From: an uncultured Bacilli bacterium
GTDB lineage: Bacteria; Bacillota_I; Bacilli_A; RFN20; CAG-288
Reading direction: 5' to 3'
Assembly: GCA_944371605.1 (NCBI GenBank)
Contig: CALVXU010000019.1
Coordinates: forward strand, 20,832 to 84,831
Length of the DNA: 64,000 bases
The position numbers were made by a program, and so were the translations under genes. The notes under the pieces were generated by a model. The model was not told the origin of the DNA and did no database searches. It was given only the letters and a program-made list of their open reading frames with translations. Below, in pieces: positions 18,882 through 28,025 of this stretch; position 1 is the stretch's first letter; every line of letters begins with the position of its first letter.

Positions 18882-19850
18882 TTCTTTTTTATCATTCTGT
18901 TTGACCACTCTATCTATGATGAATAAAGGTTGGTTTCTCGTGTTGATCAACACATTATGTAAGTATAAACCGATGATTCCGATGATAAAAATGACGACAG
19001 ATAGAGCGAAGAAAACACTGCTTAGTATAAAGAAAATTGTCAGATGTTGATTATAAGAAAAAGCATCGCCAGTATTGATGACACAATAAGAAATCAAAAG
19101 ACTGATAAAAACTAAAAAAGTCACTATAGAAGAAATCGCTCCAACTTTTAATATCACAAACAGTGGTTGAGATGTCCCGCTAGAAATGATATTAAAAGCA
19201 TGATTGAACAATTTATTGACATTATATTTAGAAGTCCCTGCGGCACGTTTTTGTCTAACAAAATCAACATAACATGTTTTAAAACCGACAAAAGCTGCAT
19301 CATTCAAAAATAGACGATCTTTATTCGGTAATTCATTAAATAATTTAACTACTCTTCTAGAAACCCCTCTAAAAGCGTTCACATTTTCAGGTATGACTTT
19401 CTTTCCTTCAATCGCATTCACAAATTTATAGAACAGTCCTGCTGTCGTTCTCTTAAACCATGTGTCTGACTTGCGATTTGCTCTATGCGGTGAGACGACA
19501 TCATATCCTTCAGAAAATTTTTCAGTGATTGTTTTAATAAGTTCAACTGGATCTTGCAAATCAGCATCCATAACAATAGCAAAATCACTATCACAAACAC
19601 TTAGTCCAGCATAAATGGCTGGATTTTGACCAAAATTACGCGCTAAGTTAACAATCTCTATATCATCTCGTTTCTGATAAAGCTCGTTCATCACCTCGAG
19701 TGTTTTATCCTTAGAGCCATCATTCACTAAAATAAAATTAAAATTGTAATCTTTAATCTCTTTTATGATTGGATCAACATTTTGAAAATATAAAGGGAGA
19801 GCTTCTTCTTCGTTATAGCACGGCAAGATTATTGAAATGCTTTTCATCAA
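18834..19850 (-). CDS. GT2-family glycosyltransferase, CsbB/GtrB-like polyprenyl-phosphate sugar synthase
   Basis: ISIILPCYNEEEAL, LVNDGSKDKT and the DAD motif (VMDADLQDP) match GT2 family proteins. There are two C-terminal TM helices as in GtrB/CsbB. The 3' end overlaps the YfhO-like gene convergently by 48 nt. Confidence 0.8.
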   Translation of the reverse strand: MMKSISIILPCYNEEEALPLYFQNVDPIIKEIKDYNFNFILVNDGSKDKTLEVMNELYQKRDDIEIVNLARNFGQNPAIYAGLSVCDSDFAIVMDADLQDPVELIKTITEKFSEGYDVVSPHRANRKSDTWFKRTTAGLFYKFVNAIEGKKVIPENVNAFRGVSRRVVKLFNELPNKDRLFLNDAAFVGFKTCYVDFVRQKRAAGTSKYNVNKLFNHAFNIISSGTSQPLFVILKVGAISSIVTFLVFISLLISYCVINTGDAFSYNQHLTIFFILSSVFFALSVVIFIIGIIGLYLHNVLINTRNQPLFIIDRVVKQNDKKELNSSSFDKEENGIVD

Positions 19851-20048
19851 TCGTCTCCTTTGATTTCGTCTTTAAAATTATAACAATGTTGTCATGATTA
19901 ATAAATGAAATATCCACATGGTTTTTTATTGATTTGAATATTTAACAAAAGATAAATACCTGTTCTTTGATTTAGTCATACGAAAAGAAAGTTCAATTAG
20001 TCGAAGTCACACTTTTAATTATTACTTATTAAATTCTATAATTTAATT

Positions 20049-22400
20049 ATGACAACAGAGCAACAGATTAAAAAGTTAAGTATTGAAGAAAAATCCGCTC
20101 TTATGAGAGGTATCGGAAATTGGAAAAGCAAAAATAATAAAACAATTGACCTGTGCTCTTTAACTTTTTCTGATGGCCCTATCGGCATCAGAAAAGAATT
20201 AGAAAACTCTAATTATCTACAACAATCTATAATAGCCGTTTGTTTTCCATCAGGCGCTCTCTTAGGTCAAACATTTAATCCGAATATCGTTAATTTGGTT
20301 GCTGCTGAGATTGGCAAAGAGGCCAGATATTACGATATCGATATTCTTCTAGGTCCAGCGATGAATATAAAGCGAAACCCTTTAGGCGGAAGAAATTTCG
20401 AATATTATAGTGAAGATCCTTATCTCACTGCCGAATTAGCTAAAGCTTATGTCATCGGTTTAGAAGGCCAAGGAGTAGGCGCTTGTTTAAAACATTTTTG
20501 TGCTTATTCGCAAGAAACAAATAGAATGACAATAAACGCTGTCATAGATGATAGAACTCTACACGAAATATACTTATCAGCATTTGAAGACGTCATTTTA
20601 GCGACAAATCCGGCATCGATTATGACCAGTTACAACATGGTGAACGGCGTGCATATGTCTGAAAATAAAGCTTTGTTATCTGATTATCTAAGAAAAAAGC
20701 TGAACTATAACGGTTTGATCATCTCTGATTGGTATGCAGTTTCAAATCCTGTCAATTCTCTATTGAATGGTCTTGATTTAGAAATGCCGCAATCAAATGA
20801 AATCAATTATGAAAAAGTATATGAAGCAATAACTAAAGATAAAAGTGTTGAAATATCGTGTGACCAAGCCATTTTATATTTAAAACAAACAAGTGACAAG
20901 TTCCATAAAGAGCATAAACATGTTGATTTAAATTTTGAAGATGGGCACGAAATAGCTAAGCAAGCAGCGTTAGAAGGAATAGTACTTTTAAAAAATGATA
21001 ATCACATCTTACCGATTCATGATTTAAAAGATGTTCTGCTCATCGGTGAATTAGCTACAACTCCACATATCCAGGGAGGAGGAAGTTCGCACATCAACAC
21101 TTATAAATCTACTTCTTTCTTAGAAATGACTAGTGATTTAGATTACATAAGAGGATATAACTTACAAAACGAAAACGATAACACTCATTTACAACAAGCA
21201 ATCGATAAAGCAAAGCACTATAAATCCGTAATTGTTTTTCTTGGATATAATGATTTAGAAGAATGTGAAAGCATTGATAAAACCGATATTTCACTGCCTA
21301 AAAATCAATTAAAACTGATTGAAGAACTGACAAAACTAGACATAAAAATCATTGTCATAATAGAAACAGGTTCTGTATGTGAGATTCCTTTTATCAATGA
21401 GGTAGATGCTGTTTTTTACACTTCTTTAGGAGGTGAAGCTGTCAATGATGCTTTATATGATCTAATCTTAGGAAATAAAAATCCGTGTGGACATCTCGCT
21501 GAAACATTTCCTCTAAAGCTCAAAGATAATCCCTCTTATGAATATTTTCCTGGAGATGGCAACAACGTTCTTTATAAAGAAGCTTTATATGTTGGTTATC
21601 GTTATTATCAAACCTTTGATGTTCCCGTATTATTTCCGTTCGGCTATGGTTTGTCTTATTCAAATTTCCAACTTAAAGCTTGCTCTTTACTTGAAGATGA
21701 AGATATCACAGTCAAAGTGATAATAAAAAACACCAGTTCTATTCCAGGAAAAGCCTGCGTGCAAATTTATATGAGCAAACCAAATGATCATATTTATAAT
21801 CCAAAAAAAGAACTGATAGCTTTTTCTAAACCTTTTTTACAAGCATATGAAGAAAAAGAGATTATCTTGCCGATAGACAAAAGAAAACTATCTTATTTTG
21901 ATATCGAATCAAACAGATATCTACCACTATATGGAGAATACACATTTACAATAGGATTTGATTCTTTGGATGATAGTTTTAAATTAAAATATTCATTCAA
22001 TAATTCACATATTACTACAAAAACATCTTTATATAATATAAATAATATACATAAAATCAATGACGAGCTATTTCAAACTTTATTCAATAAAGAAATGCCT
22101 ATAGTTAAAAAAGCTAAACCTTTCGACATAGAAACGACTTTAACAGAAGCCAAGAGCAAAGGCTCCAAGGGTGCTAGACTATTTATTGCTATAATCAGTA
22201 AAATCAAATCAATCAAAGAAAACAAAATCTATTATAATACCATCCTTAATTCACCTATCAGAGTTCTTATTTATAACATGCCTGTATTAGCTAAAAATAA
22301 TTCAAAAGTCTTCTTGAACGTTTTAAATGATCATCACTATATTTGGAATTTGCTCAAGCTTCTTTTATCAATGGCTAAATATGCTTCAAAATCATTATAA
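20049..22400 (+). CDS. cytoplasmic glycoside hydrolase family 3 beta-glucosidase, canonical domain order, with ~130-aa C-terminal tail
   Basis: GGRNFEYYSEDPYL, KHFCAYSQE, SDW (LIISDWYAV), IVLLKNDNHILPI, FPFGYGLSYSNF and KACVQIYMSKP are all present. There is no signal peptide. Confidence 0.9.
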   Translation: MTTEQQIKKLSIEEKSALMRGIGNWKSKNNKTIDLCSLTFSDGPIGIRKELENSNYLQQSIIAVCFPSGALLGQTFNPNIVNLVAAEIGKEARYYDIDILLGPAMNIKRNPLGGRNFEYYSEDPYLTAELAKAYVIGLEGQGVGACLKHFCAYSQETNRMTINAVIDDRTLHEIYLSAFEDVILATNPASIMTSYNMVNGVHMSENKALLSDYLRKKLNYNGLIISDWYAVSNPVNSLLNGLDLEMPQSNEINYEKVYEAITKDKSVEISCDQAILYLKQTSDKFHKEHKHVDLNFEDGHEIAKQAALEGIVLLKNDNHILPIHDLKDVLLIGELATTPHIQGGGSSHINTYKSTSFLEMTSDLDYIRGYNLQNENDNTHLQQAIDKAKHYKSVIVFLGYNDLEECESIDKTDISLPKNQLKLIEELTKLDIKIIVIIETGSVCEIPFINEVDAVFYTSLGGEAVNDALYDLILGNKNPCGHLAETFPLKLKDNPSYEYFPGDGNNVLYKEALYVGYRYYQTFDVPVLFPFGYGLSYSNFQLKACSLLEDEDITVKVIIKNTSSIPGKACVQIYMSKPNDHIYNPKKELIAFSKPFLQAYEEKEIILPIDKRKLSYFDIESNRYLPLYGEYTFTIGFDSLDDSFKLKYSFNNSHITTKTSLYNINNIHKINDELFQTLFNKEMPIVKKAKPFDIETTLTEAKSKGSKGARLFIAIISKIKSIKENKIYYNTILNSPIRVLIYNMPVLAKNNSKVFLNVLNDHHYIWNLLKLLLSMAKYASKSL

Positions 22401-22438
22401 AAAGTCTGACAAACTATCAGTAATATCAGACTTTTTAT
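22401..22438. terminator. bidirectional rho-independent terminator between convergent genes
   Basis: AAAGTCTGA..TCAGACTTTTT hairpin flanked by A-runs and T-runs. Confidence 0.7.
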
Positions 22439-22453
22439 AAATCAGTAAAATTC

Positions 22454-24145
22454 TTACTTCTTAGTGATTTGAATCATCACACCAGCGCTAAATTCTGTAC
22501 CCGTCTGCGAAAGGGAAGCATAAATGAATTCCAAATTGATATCGTATGTATTTTCACCAACTGTCACTTCTTTAGCAGCGATAAGATTTTCGGAGTCGAT
22601 TTCATATCCACAGTCCATAAACATACTGAAATCGAGATTCAAAATCAAATTGAGATACGTATTGATTTGATCTTGGCTAGTGACTGTAAAATTCGTTCCT
22701 AACATCATGCTACCATCTGTCAATTGTAAAAGACTAGCATTTCCATAATAACAGGGGATAGGGATTTCATGAACGATTTGATCAGCTTCATCATCTGTGC
22801 AATCAGCAAGTCCTAAACCCTCTTTGATTGAATAATAATTGAAGTATTCATCAAATCTGATATAGTCGATCTCTTCAGGTACTTCTACTCCTGAATCTTC
22901 GATTTCCCCAATAGAAGTATAAGAAACAACATACTGGCTAGGAAATTCATATCCGCTATAAGAATAAACAGATTCGGCTGTGAAAGTGATCTCTGTGCTA
23001 GTGATACTCACAGTTAAAGAAGCGATACTATCAGCAGCAAAAGGATCAAACTCAGCTGTAGAAACAGTTAAACTTGAATAAGTCTCTAAATCTAATTCGT
23101 ATTCACCACTATCATTCTTCTTGAAAAAGATAGAAGAGATATCAAAGTCTGGCAGCCCACATCCTGGTAAATAATAGCCGGATTTATAATATGTGCCATT
23201 AGACATTTGAATAACACTATGTAATGAACCATCTCTATCGACCATGATAGTATCATCTAGATCGACTAATACACCGCCAGAAACAGTGCCGCTCAAACTT
23301 GATAAAGGCTGTAACACTCCTGTGTCAGCAACAACTGAGAAAGTTTCTGCCACTTGATAATTACCAGCCTGCAAAGTTTTCATCGCGGTATCAAAATCAT
23401 CGTCTGCCTCACCAGTATATCCTTCTAATGGAGTGATGACATCTTCGCTCAATTCATCAATAGTCGCCATGACAGTGACAGTCATACTGCCTAGTCCTTC
23501 ATAAACATATTCTTCACTAACAAAAGTATAGCCAGTGATTTTAAACCCATCGGTGATGACTTCTAATGATTCCAAAGTGAATCCATAGCCACCGATAGCT
23601 TGAGTTGCGATAGCACTCTTTAAATCGTCAGATAATCCTTCTAAATCCAATGTAAAATGATATTGCGTAGCAGCATTAACAAAATTTTCACTCTTCAACG
23701 AACCAAAGAAATTGCTGAAACTCTCTTGCCAAGTCATATCTGTTAAAGTTTCAGTTTCAACAGTGTTGCTCAACCCGATATAATTATGACCTGCTAAAAC
23801 CAAATCTCCATCTGTCACCGCTTGATAATATTCATCATAATCAATCTCTTCCTTTTGAGGAGTGCCGTCTTGAGAACCCACATAAGCAGTCACATGATAT
23901 GTATCAGCATCAGATTCAACGTCCGCATAAGATTGGAGGCTCGTCGCCTCTTGTCCTGCGATATTGTAGTCAACCTTAACAAGATTTTCAGATGAATAAC
24001 CTTTACCAGCTTGACTCAACATTTCATCAGTCAAAGCATTGACCGCTGTCGGTGTCGAACTAGAATCAGACTCTGTACAAGCTGTCAACCCAGTGCCGAT
24101 CAATAGTGCCGATGACACTAAAATTAAAAACGCTTTTCTCTTCAT
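22454..24145 (-). CDS. hypothetical surface lipoprotein (563 aa)
   Basis: MKRKAFLILVSSALLIGTGLTAC lipobox. Acidic, Thr/Ser-rich extracellular protein. No catalytic motifs recognised. Confidence 0.7.
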   Translation of the reverse strand: MKRKAFLILVSSALLIGTGLTACTESDSSSTPTAVNALTDEMLSQAGKGYSSENLVKVDYNIAGQEATSLQSYADVESDADTYHVTAYVGSQDGTPQKEEIDYDEYYQAVTDGDLVLAGHNYIGLSNTVETETLTDMTWQESFSNFFGSLKSENFVNAATQYHFTLDLEGLSDDLKSAIATQAIGGYGFTLESLEVITDGFKITGYTFVSEEYVYEGLGSMTVTVMATIDELSEDVITPLEGYTGEADDDFDTAMKTLQAGNYQVAETFSVVADTGVLQPLSSLSGTVSGGVLVDLDDTIMVDRDGSLHSVIQMSNGTYYKSGYYLPGCGLPDFDISSIFFKKNDSGEYELDLETYSSLTVSTAEFDPFAADSIASLTVSITSTEITFTAESVYSYSGYEFPSQYVVSYTSIGEIEDSGVEVPEEIDYIRFDEYFNYYSIKEGLGLADCTDDEADQIVHEIPIPCYYGNASLLQLTDGSMMLGTNFTVTSQDQINTYLNLILNLDFSMFMDCGYEIDSENLIAAKEVTVGENTYDINLEFIYASLSQTGTEFSAGVMIQITKK

Positions 24146-24440
24146 ATATATATATTCCTCCTTCTGAAATTAAAATTAATTATAAAAAAGCTCATTAAAT
24201 TAAGATTTAAAAATTCAGAAATTAATATTCTATAATTCGATATAAAAAACATAAAAATGACGCTATTTTGATCAATTTTTTATTAAAAAGATTATTTTCT
24301 ATAGATTTTTGTATTTTTTGAAATGACTAAAGAAACCCCTTACATCGCGCTTGCTTTTCACTGATGCGTAAGGCGATGTTTTTTTAAAATAAGTACAGTT
24401 ATAAAACATCCAACAATCTCCTTCTCAATTGAAGATTTGT

Positions 24441-24488
24441 ATTCAATAAAAAAGAGTTACACAATCTGATCGACTATGTAACTCTTTT
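24441..24488 (-). terminator. rho-independent terminator for the 24505..26397 gene
   Basis: Perfect 12-bp inverted repeat AAAAGAGTTACA / TGTAACTCTTTT, followed on the minus strand by a T-run. Confidence 0.7.
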
Positions 24489-24504
24489 AAGTGCAAATTA
24501 ATTA

Positions 24505-26397
24505 TTATTCTTTAGGCTGTTCAGAAGGATTGTAGGTTGAGAAGAAAGTTTCAATCGCATCATTAAGCGGGTTAGCTGCCTCAGCTTTACCAAAATTAGT
24601 GAATGTAGCTTTTGAAGTTTGATAATATCCATTACCAGACGGCCAACCGAATGAGAAATTAATTTCAGAAAGTGAACCAGCAGATAATACTACATTCATA
24701 CCGAGCAAAGATTCTCCTGTCGGGAACTCAGTATTGATCGGCGCTCCCCAAACTAATTGTTGAGCGATTAAATTTGTCTTATCAGCTTGAGCGATGTGAT
24801 ACTCAGTATCATCTCCTTTCCACAAACCAGAAGCTTCAGGAGTGAATTGGTAGAAGAATGATCTATCTTCAGAATATGCAGCAGTTGCTGTGAAATAATT
24901 TCTGAACATTCCATCAGTTGAAGTGTATAGATCGTAATCACTGAGTTTAGTTCCCTTACCAGTTCCAGCATCCATAGCATTTGTCACTGAAGAACCATCA
25001 GTTTCAAATAAGATGATAGTATTATCTTTATAATATAATCCGGTTCCACCGACAGTGAGTTCTTCCTCAGTGGGACCTTTATATTTATTGTAGTCATTGA
25101 CAAATGTTTCATCATAATATAAGAAAACATAATTGTCAGCAAAATAACAATTATATGATGATTCAGCATACTCGCCTTCAGAGATTTTGAAGAAGCTATA
25201 GATCTTTTGGACATAATTATTGCCTTCAAATCCTTCAGCAGCAGCTTCTAATTCAGAATTGAGTTTAGGAACTACCGTAGTAAATGTTGATAAATCAGTT
25301 TCCAAAGTCGGAAGCATAGTAGAGATATCACTTAAAGCAGTTGTTCCTAACTTATCAATAGTACCGACGACGGTTGCATCTCCGATTGTGAAGGTGACTT
25401 TGAAATTGGTTGTGCCTAACACTTCAATAGATGTGTCATATAATCCGACGACATCTAATAAAGAATACATACCATCACTACCAACCACCTGTTGAACTAA
25501 TGATTGATAAACATCAGGAGCGAAAGCATTTAATAAACCGACTTCAACATACACTGAATTAAACTCTGAGTCAGCATTACTACCAACAATCTCATAAATA
25601 TTATTATTAGATTTTTCACTTGGATAATAGCTCGGATTAATCGCTGATAAAGAGATGAATAAATCACCAGATGTTGGTGAAGATAAACCAGCGCCATCAA
25701 AATTTTCTGAAGTTAAAAATCCGCCTTCACTAGAGATGATTCTTTCAGGAGAATTGACGAAGCCAGAATCAGAATATTGGATGTAACCAGCATAACCATC
25801 AGTATCAACACCGATACCATATAAAGAATTGCCATCCTTTGATTTCCAAATAGCTGCATCTTCGCCACCGATATCTGTATATTGGATGATAGCCTCATCA
25901 GTTAAGACCGTATAATCGTGAGCAACAACGGGATCACCAGCCTCACTAACATATAATCCATCGATTGTAGCTGTCAAAGTGTAGTTATGAGTCTTATTGA
26001 TAGCAGAGAAGACTTCCGGTAAAGTTGGTAAAGCTTCGCCAACAGTTACTGTGCAAGAAGCAGAGATATCTGGATTGACAACAGAAGTAGCAGTGATGGT
26101 GGCTGTTCCCATAGCTTTAGCAGTGAAAGAGACATTAGTTGCCCCACTAGTAGTAGTGGTGAATTCAATGACTTCTGGATTGTCGGTAGTGAAATTGGAC
26201 ATGAAATTATTGATGGATTCAGAAGAGTTAACAGTAGCTCTTAAAGTGTATGATCCGCCAACTTCTGCTTGAATTGTATTACGGTTCAATTCGATAGTGA
26301 CAGCAGGATAATCGGGTTGGCAGGAAACTAATGTGGTAGCACCAGCGCCTGCTAATAAAGCTAGAGCGGTTATACCTAAAATAAATTGTTTTTTCAT
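24505..26397 (-). CDS. surface lipoprotein with N-terminal Ig-like (Big_2-type) domain (630 aa)
   Basis: MKKQFILGITALALLAGAGATTLVSC lipobox. TIQAEVGGSYTLRATV...ATITATSVVNPDISASCTVTV resembles a Big_2 domain. Confidence 0.7.
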   Translation of the reverse strand: MKKQFILGITALALLAGAGATTLVSCQPDYPAVTIELNRNTIQAEVGGSYTLRATVNSSESINNFMSNFTTDNPEVIEFTTTTSGATNVSFTAKAMGTATITATSVVNPDISASCTVTVGEALPTLPEVFSAINKTHNYTLTATIDGLYVSEAGDPVVAHDYTVLTDEAIIQYTDIGGEDAAIWKSKDGNSLYGIGVDTDGYAGYIQYSDSGFVNSPERIISSEGGFLTSENFDGAGLSSPTSGDLFISLSAINPSYYPSEKSNNNIYEIVGSNADSEFNSVYVEVGLLNAFAPDVYQSLVQQVVGSDGMYSLLDVVGLYDTSIEVLGTTNFKVTFTIGDATVVGTIDKLGTTALSDISTMLPTLETDLSTFTTVVPKLNSELEAAAEGFEGNNYVQKIYSFFKISEGEYAESSYNCYFADNYVFLYYDETFVNDYNKYKGPTEEELTVGGTGLYYKDNTIILFETDGSSVTNAMDAGTGKGTKLSDYDLYTSTDGMFRNYFTATAAYSEDRSFFYQFTPEASGLWKGDDTEYHIAQADKTNLIAQQLVWGAPINTEFPTGESLLGMNVVLSAGSLSEINFSFGWPSGNGYYQTSKATFTNFGKAEAANPLNDAIETFFSTYNPSEQPKE

Positions 26398-26622
26398 ATG
26401 ACAAAAAGCCTCCTAAAAAATAGACATTGAAAATCATATCAAAAAAGTGATTGATAAAAAGTGGTTTTAAATTTAACTCTATTTAAAAGTTTACGTTGAT
26501 TTTTTTAAAAAGCGCCGATTTTATCGATATTTTTAGATATTTTTTGCTGATTTGTTTTGTAAATCATTTTTATTATTTTAATGTGAAAGCGCTTTACTTT
26601 TTTCTTTGCGATTATCAACTAA

Positions 26623-26665
26623 AAAAGGCCATATCACTATCTATTAATAGCGATGATAGCCTTTG
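26623..26665 (-). terminator. probable terminator of the opp operon
   Basis: Imperfect hairpin (AAAGGCTAT..ATGGCCTTT) followed by TTTTTTAG on the minus strand, just 3' of the oppF stop. Confidence 0.45.
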
Positions 26666-26669
26666 ATTT

Positions 26670-28025
26670 TTATTCGATACCTAATCGACGATTTTCTTCC
26701 TCTTTTTTAGCATTAGCTTCATCTTCTTCTTTGATAAGTTCTTGATACTTGATCATTTCAGAATCAGAGGCTAAAACAAAGTGACCGGGGATTATTTCTC
26801 TAAACGAAGGTTTTTCGACTGAATAATCATGTTCTTTAGCTGGGTTATAGATGATTCTCTTTCTCTTCTTTTCACTGAGAGGATCTGGTTTAGGAATAGC
26901 TGATAATAAAGCTCTAGTATATGGATGTAAAGGATGCTTGAACAATTCATCCGAAGTAGCTAATTCAACCATTTCACCAAAGTACATAACAGCGATGCGG
27001 TCGCAGAAATACTTGACGACTGAGAGGTCGTGGGCGATGAACATAATCGTCAATCCTCTTTCTTCTTTTAATCTATTCAAGAGATTGATGATCTGAGCTC
27101 TGATAGAGACATCTAATGCTGAGATAGGTTCATCGCAAATCAAGAACTCAGGATTCATGACTAACGCTCTAGCGATACCGATTCTCTGTCTTTGACCACC
27201 AGAGAACTCGTGGGGATAACGCGAACAATAGTCAGAGATCAATCCGACTTCTTCTAGAACTTTAACCGCTTTTTCATGGTTCTGAGTTTTATTTTTAAAA
27301 CCTTGGATTTTTAATCCTTCCTGAATGATATCTTCAACCGTCATTCTCGGATCCAAAGAATCGATAGGATCTTGGAAAATCATTTGCATCCTGCTCATCA
27401 AAGAGCGGCTGACATGACGATTATCGTACTTGATCTGTTTGATCTTTTTATGTTGTTCAGTCCTGATATCAGAAATTCTTGTTTCGACACTATGAATCTC
27501 ATCTTGATATCTTTTTACTACATCTTGAATCTCTTTTTGTGATTCTGGTGTCGGGGAAGAATCCATCTCAGATAATTCGTTCTTGAGATTTTGTCTCAAT
27601 TCTTTAATCTGATTATTTCCTTTGATTTTAGACCACTTGATCTCTTTTTCGTTCCAACGGCTACCCGCATTGATTCTAAAGCCTTTGAAATAGATTGAAC
27701 CAGAAGTGATGTTATACAAACGGATGATGCTTCTACCCGTGGTGGTTTTGCCACATCCCGATTCACCGACCAAACCGAAACATTCTCCTCTTTTGACATC
27801 AAAAGAGATATCATGAACAGCTTTTAATTTTTTTCCTTCGCCTAATGGAAAGAACATCTTTAAATGTCTGACAGATAAAATAGTATCATTAAAAGCTAAA
27901 TCCTTTTTAAAAGAGACTCCATGAGTGTCCATCTTCTTGTCTAAACCTTTGACAAGAATCTGTTCTAAAGGATTTTTTTGATTTTCGAGCTTTCGCTTTT
28001 GTGTTTTACTTGATGTCTTCGACAT
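26670..28025 (-). CDS. oppF: oligopeptide ABC transporter ATP-binding protein OppF with ~90-aa insertion
   Basis: Walker A GESGCGKTT, signature FSGGQRQRIGIARAL, Walker B ICDEPISALD and H-loop IAHD. A charged insertion (KEIKWSKIKGNNQIKELRQ...) lies between Walker A and the signature motif. It overlaps oppD by 20 nt. Confidence 0.9.
   Translation of the reverse strand: MSKTSSKTQKRKLENQKNPLEQILVKGLDKKMDTHGVSFKKDLAFNDTILSVRHLKMFFPLGEGKKLKAVHDISFDVKRGECFGLVGESGCGKTTTGRSIIRLYNITSGSIYFKGFRINAGSRWNEKEIKWSKIKGNNQIKELRQNLKNELSEMDSSPTPESQKEIQDVVKRYQDEIHSVETRISDIRTEQHKKIKQIKYDNRHVSRSLMSRMQMIFQDPIDSLDPRMTVEDIIQEGLKIQGFKNKTQNHEKAVKVLEEVGLISDYCSRYPHEFSGGQRQRIGIARALVMNPEFLICDEPISALDVSIRAQIINLLNRLKEERGLTIMFIAHDLSVVKYFCDRIAVMYFGEMVELATSDELFKHPLHPYTRALLSAIPKPDPLSEKKRKRIIYNPAKEHDYSVEKPSFREIIPGHFVLASDSEMIKYQELIKEEDEANAKKEEENRRLGIE

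Noticed and set aside
24337-24376. Imperfect hairpin CCTTACATCGC...GATGCGTAAGG followed by TTTTTTT on the plus strand
   Set aside because: It looks like a plus-strand terminator, but there is no plus-strand gene upstream; it sits in the promoter region of the minus-strand 22454..24145 gene. It could be a minus-strand regulatory RNA structure. The evidence is insufficient to call.
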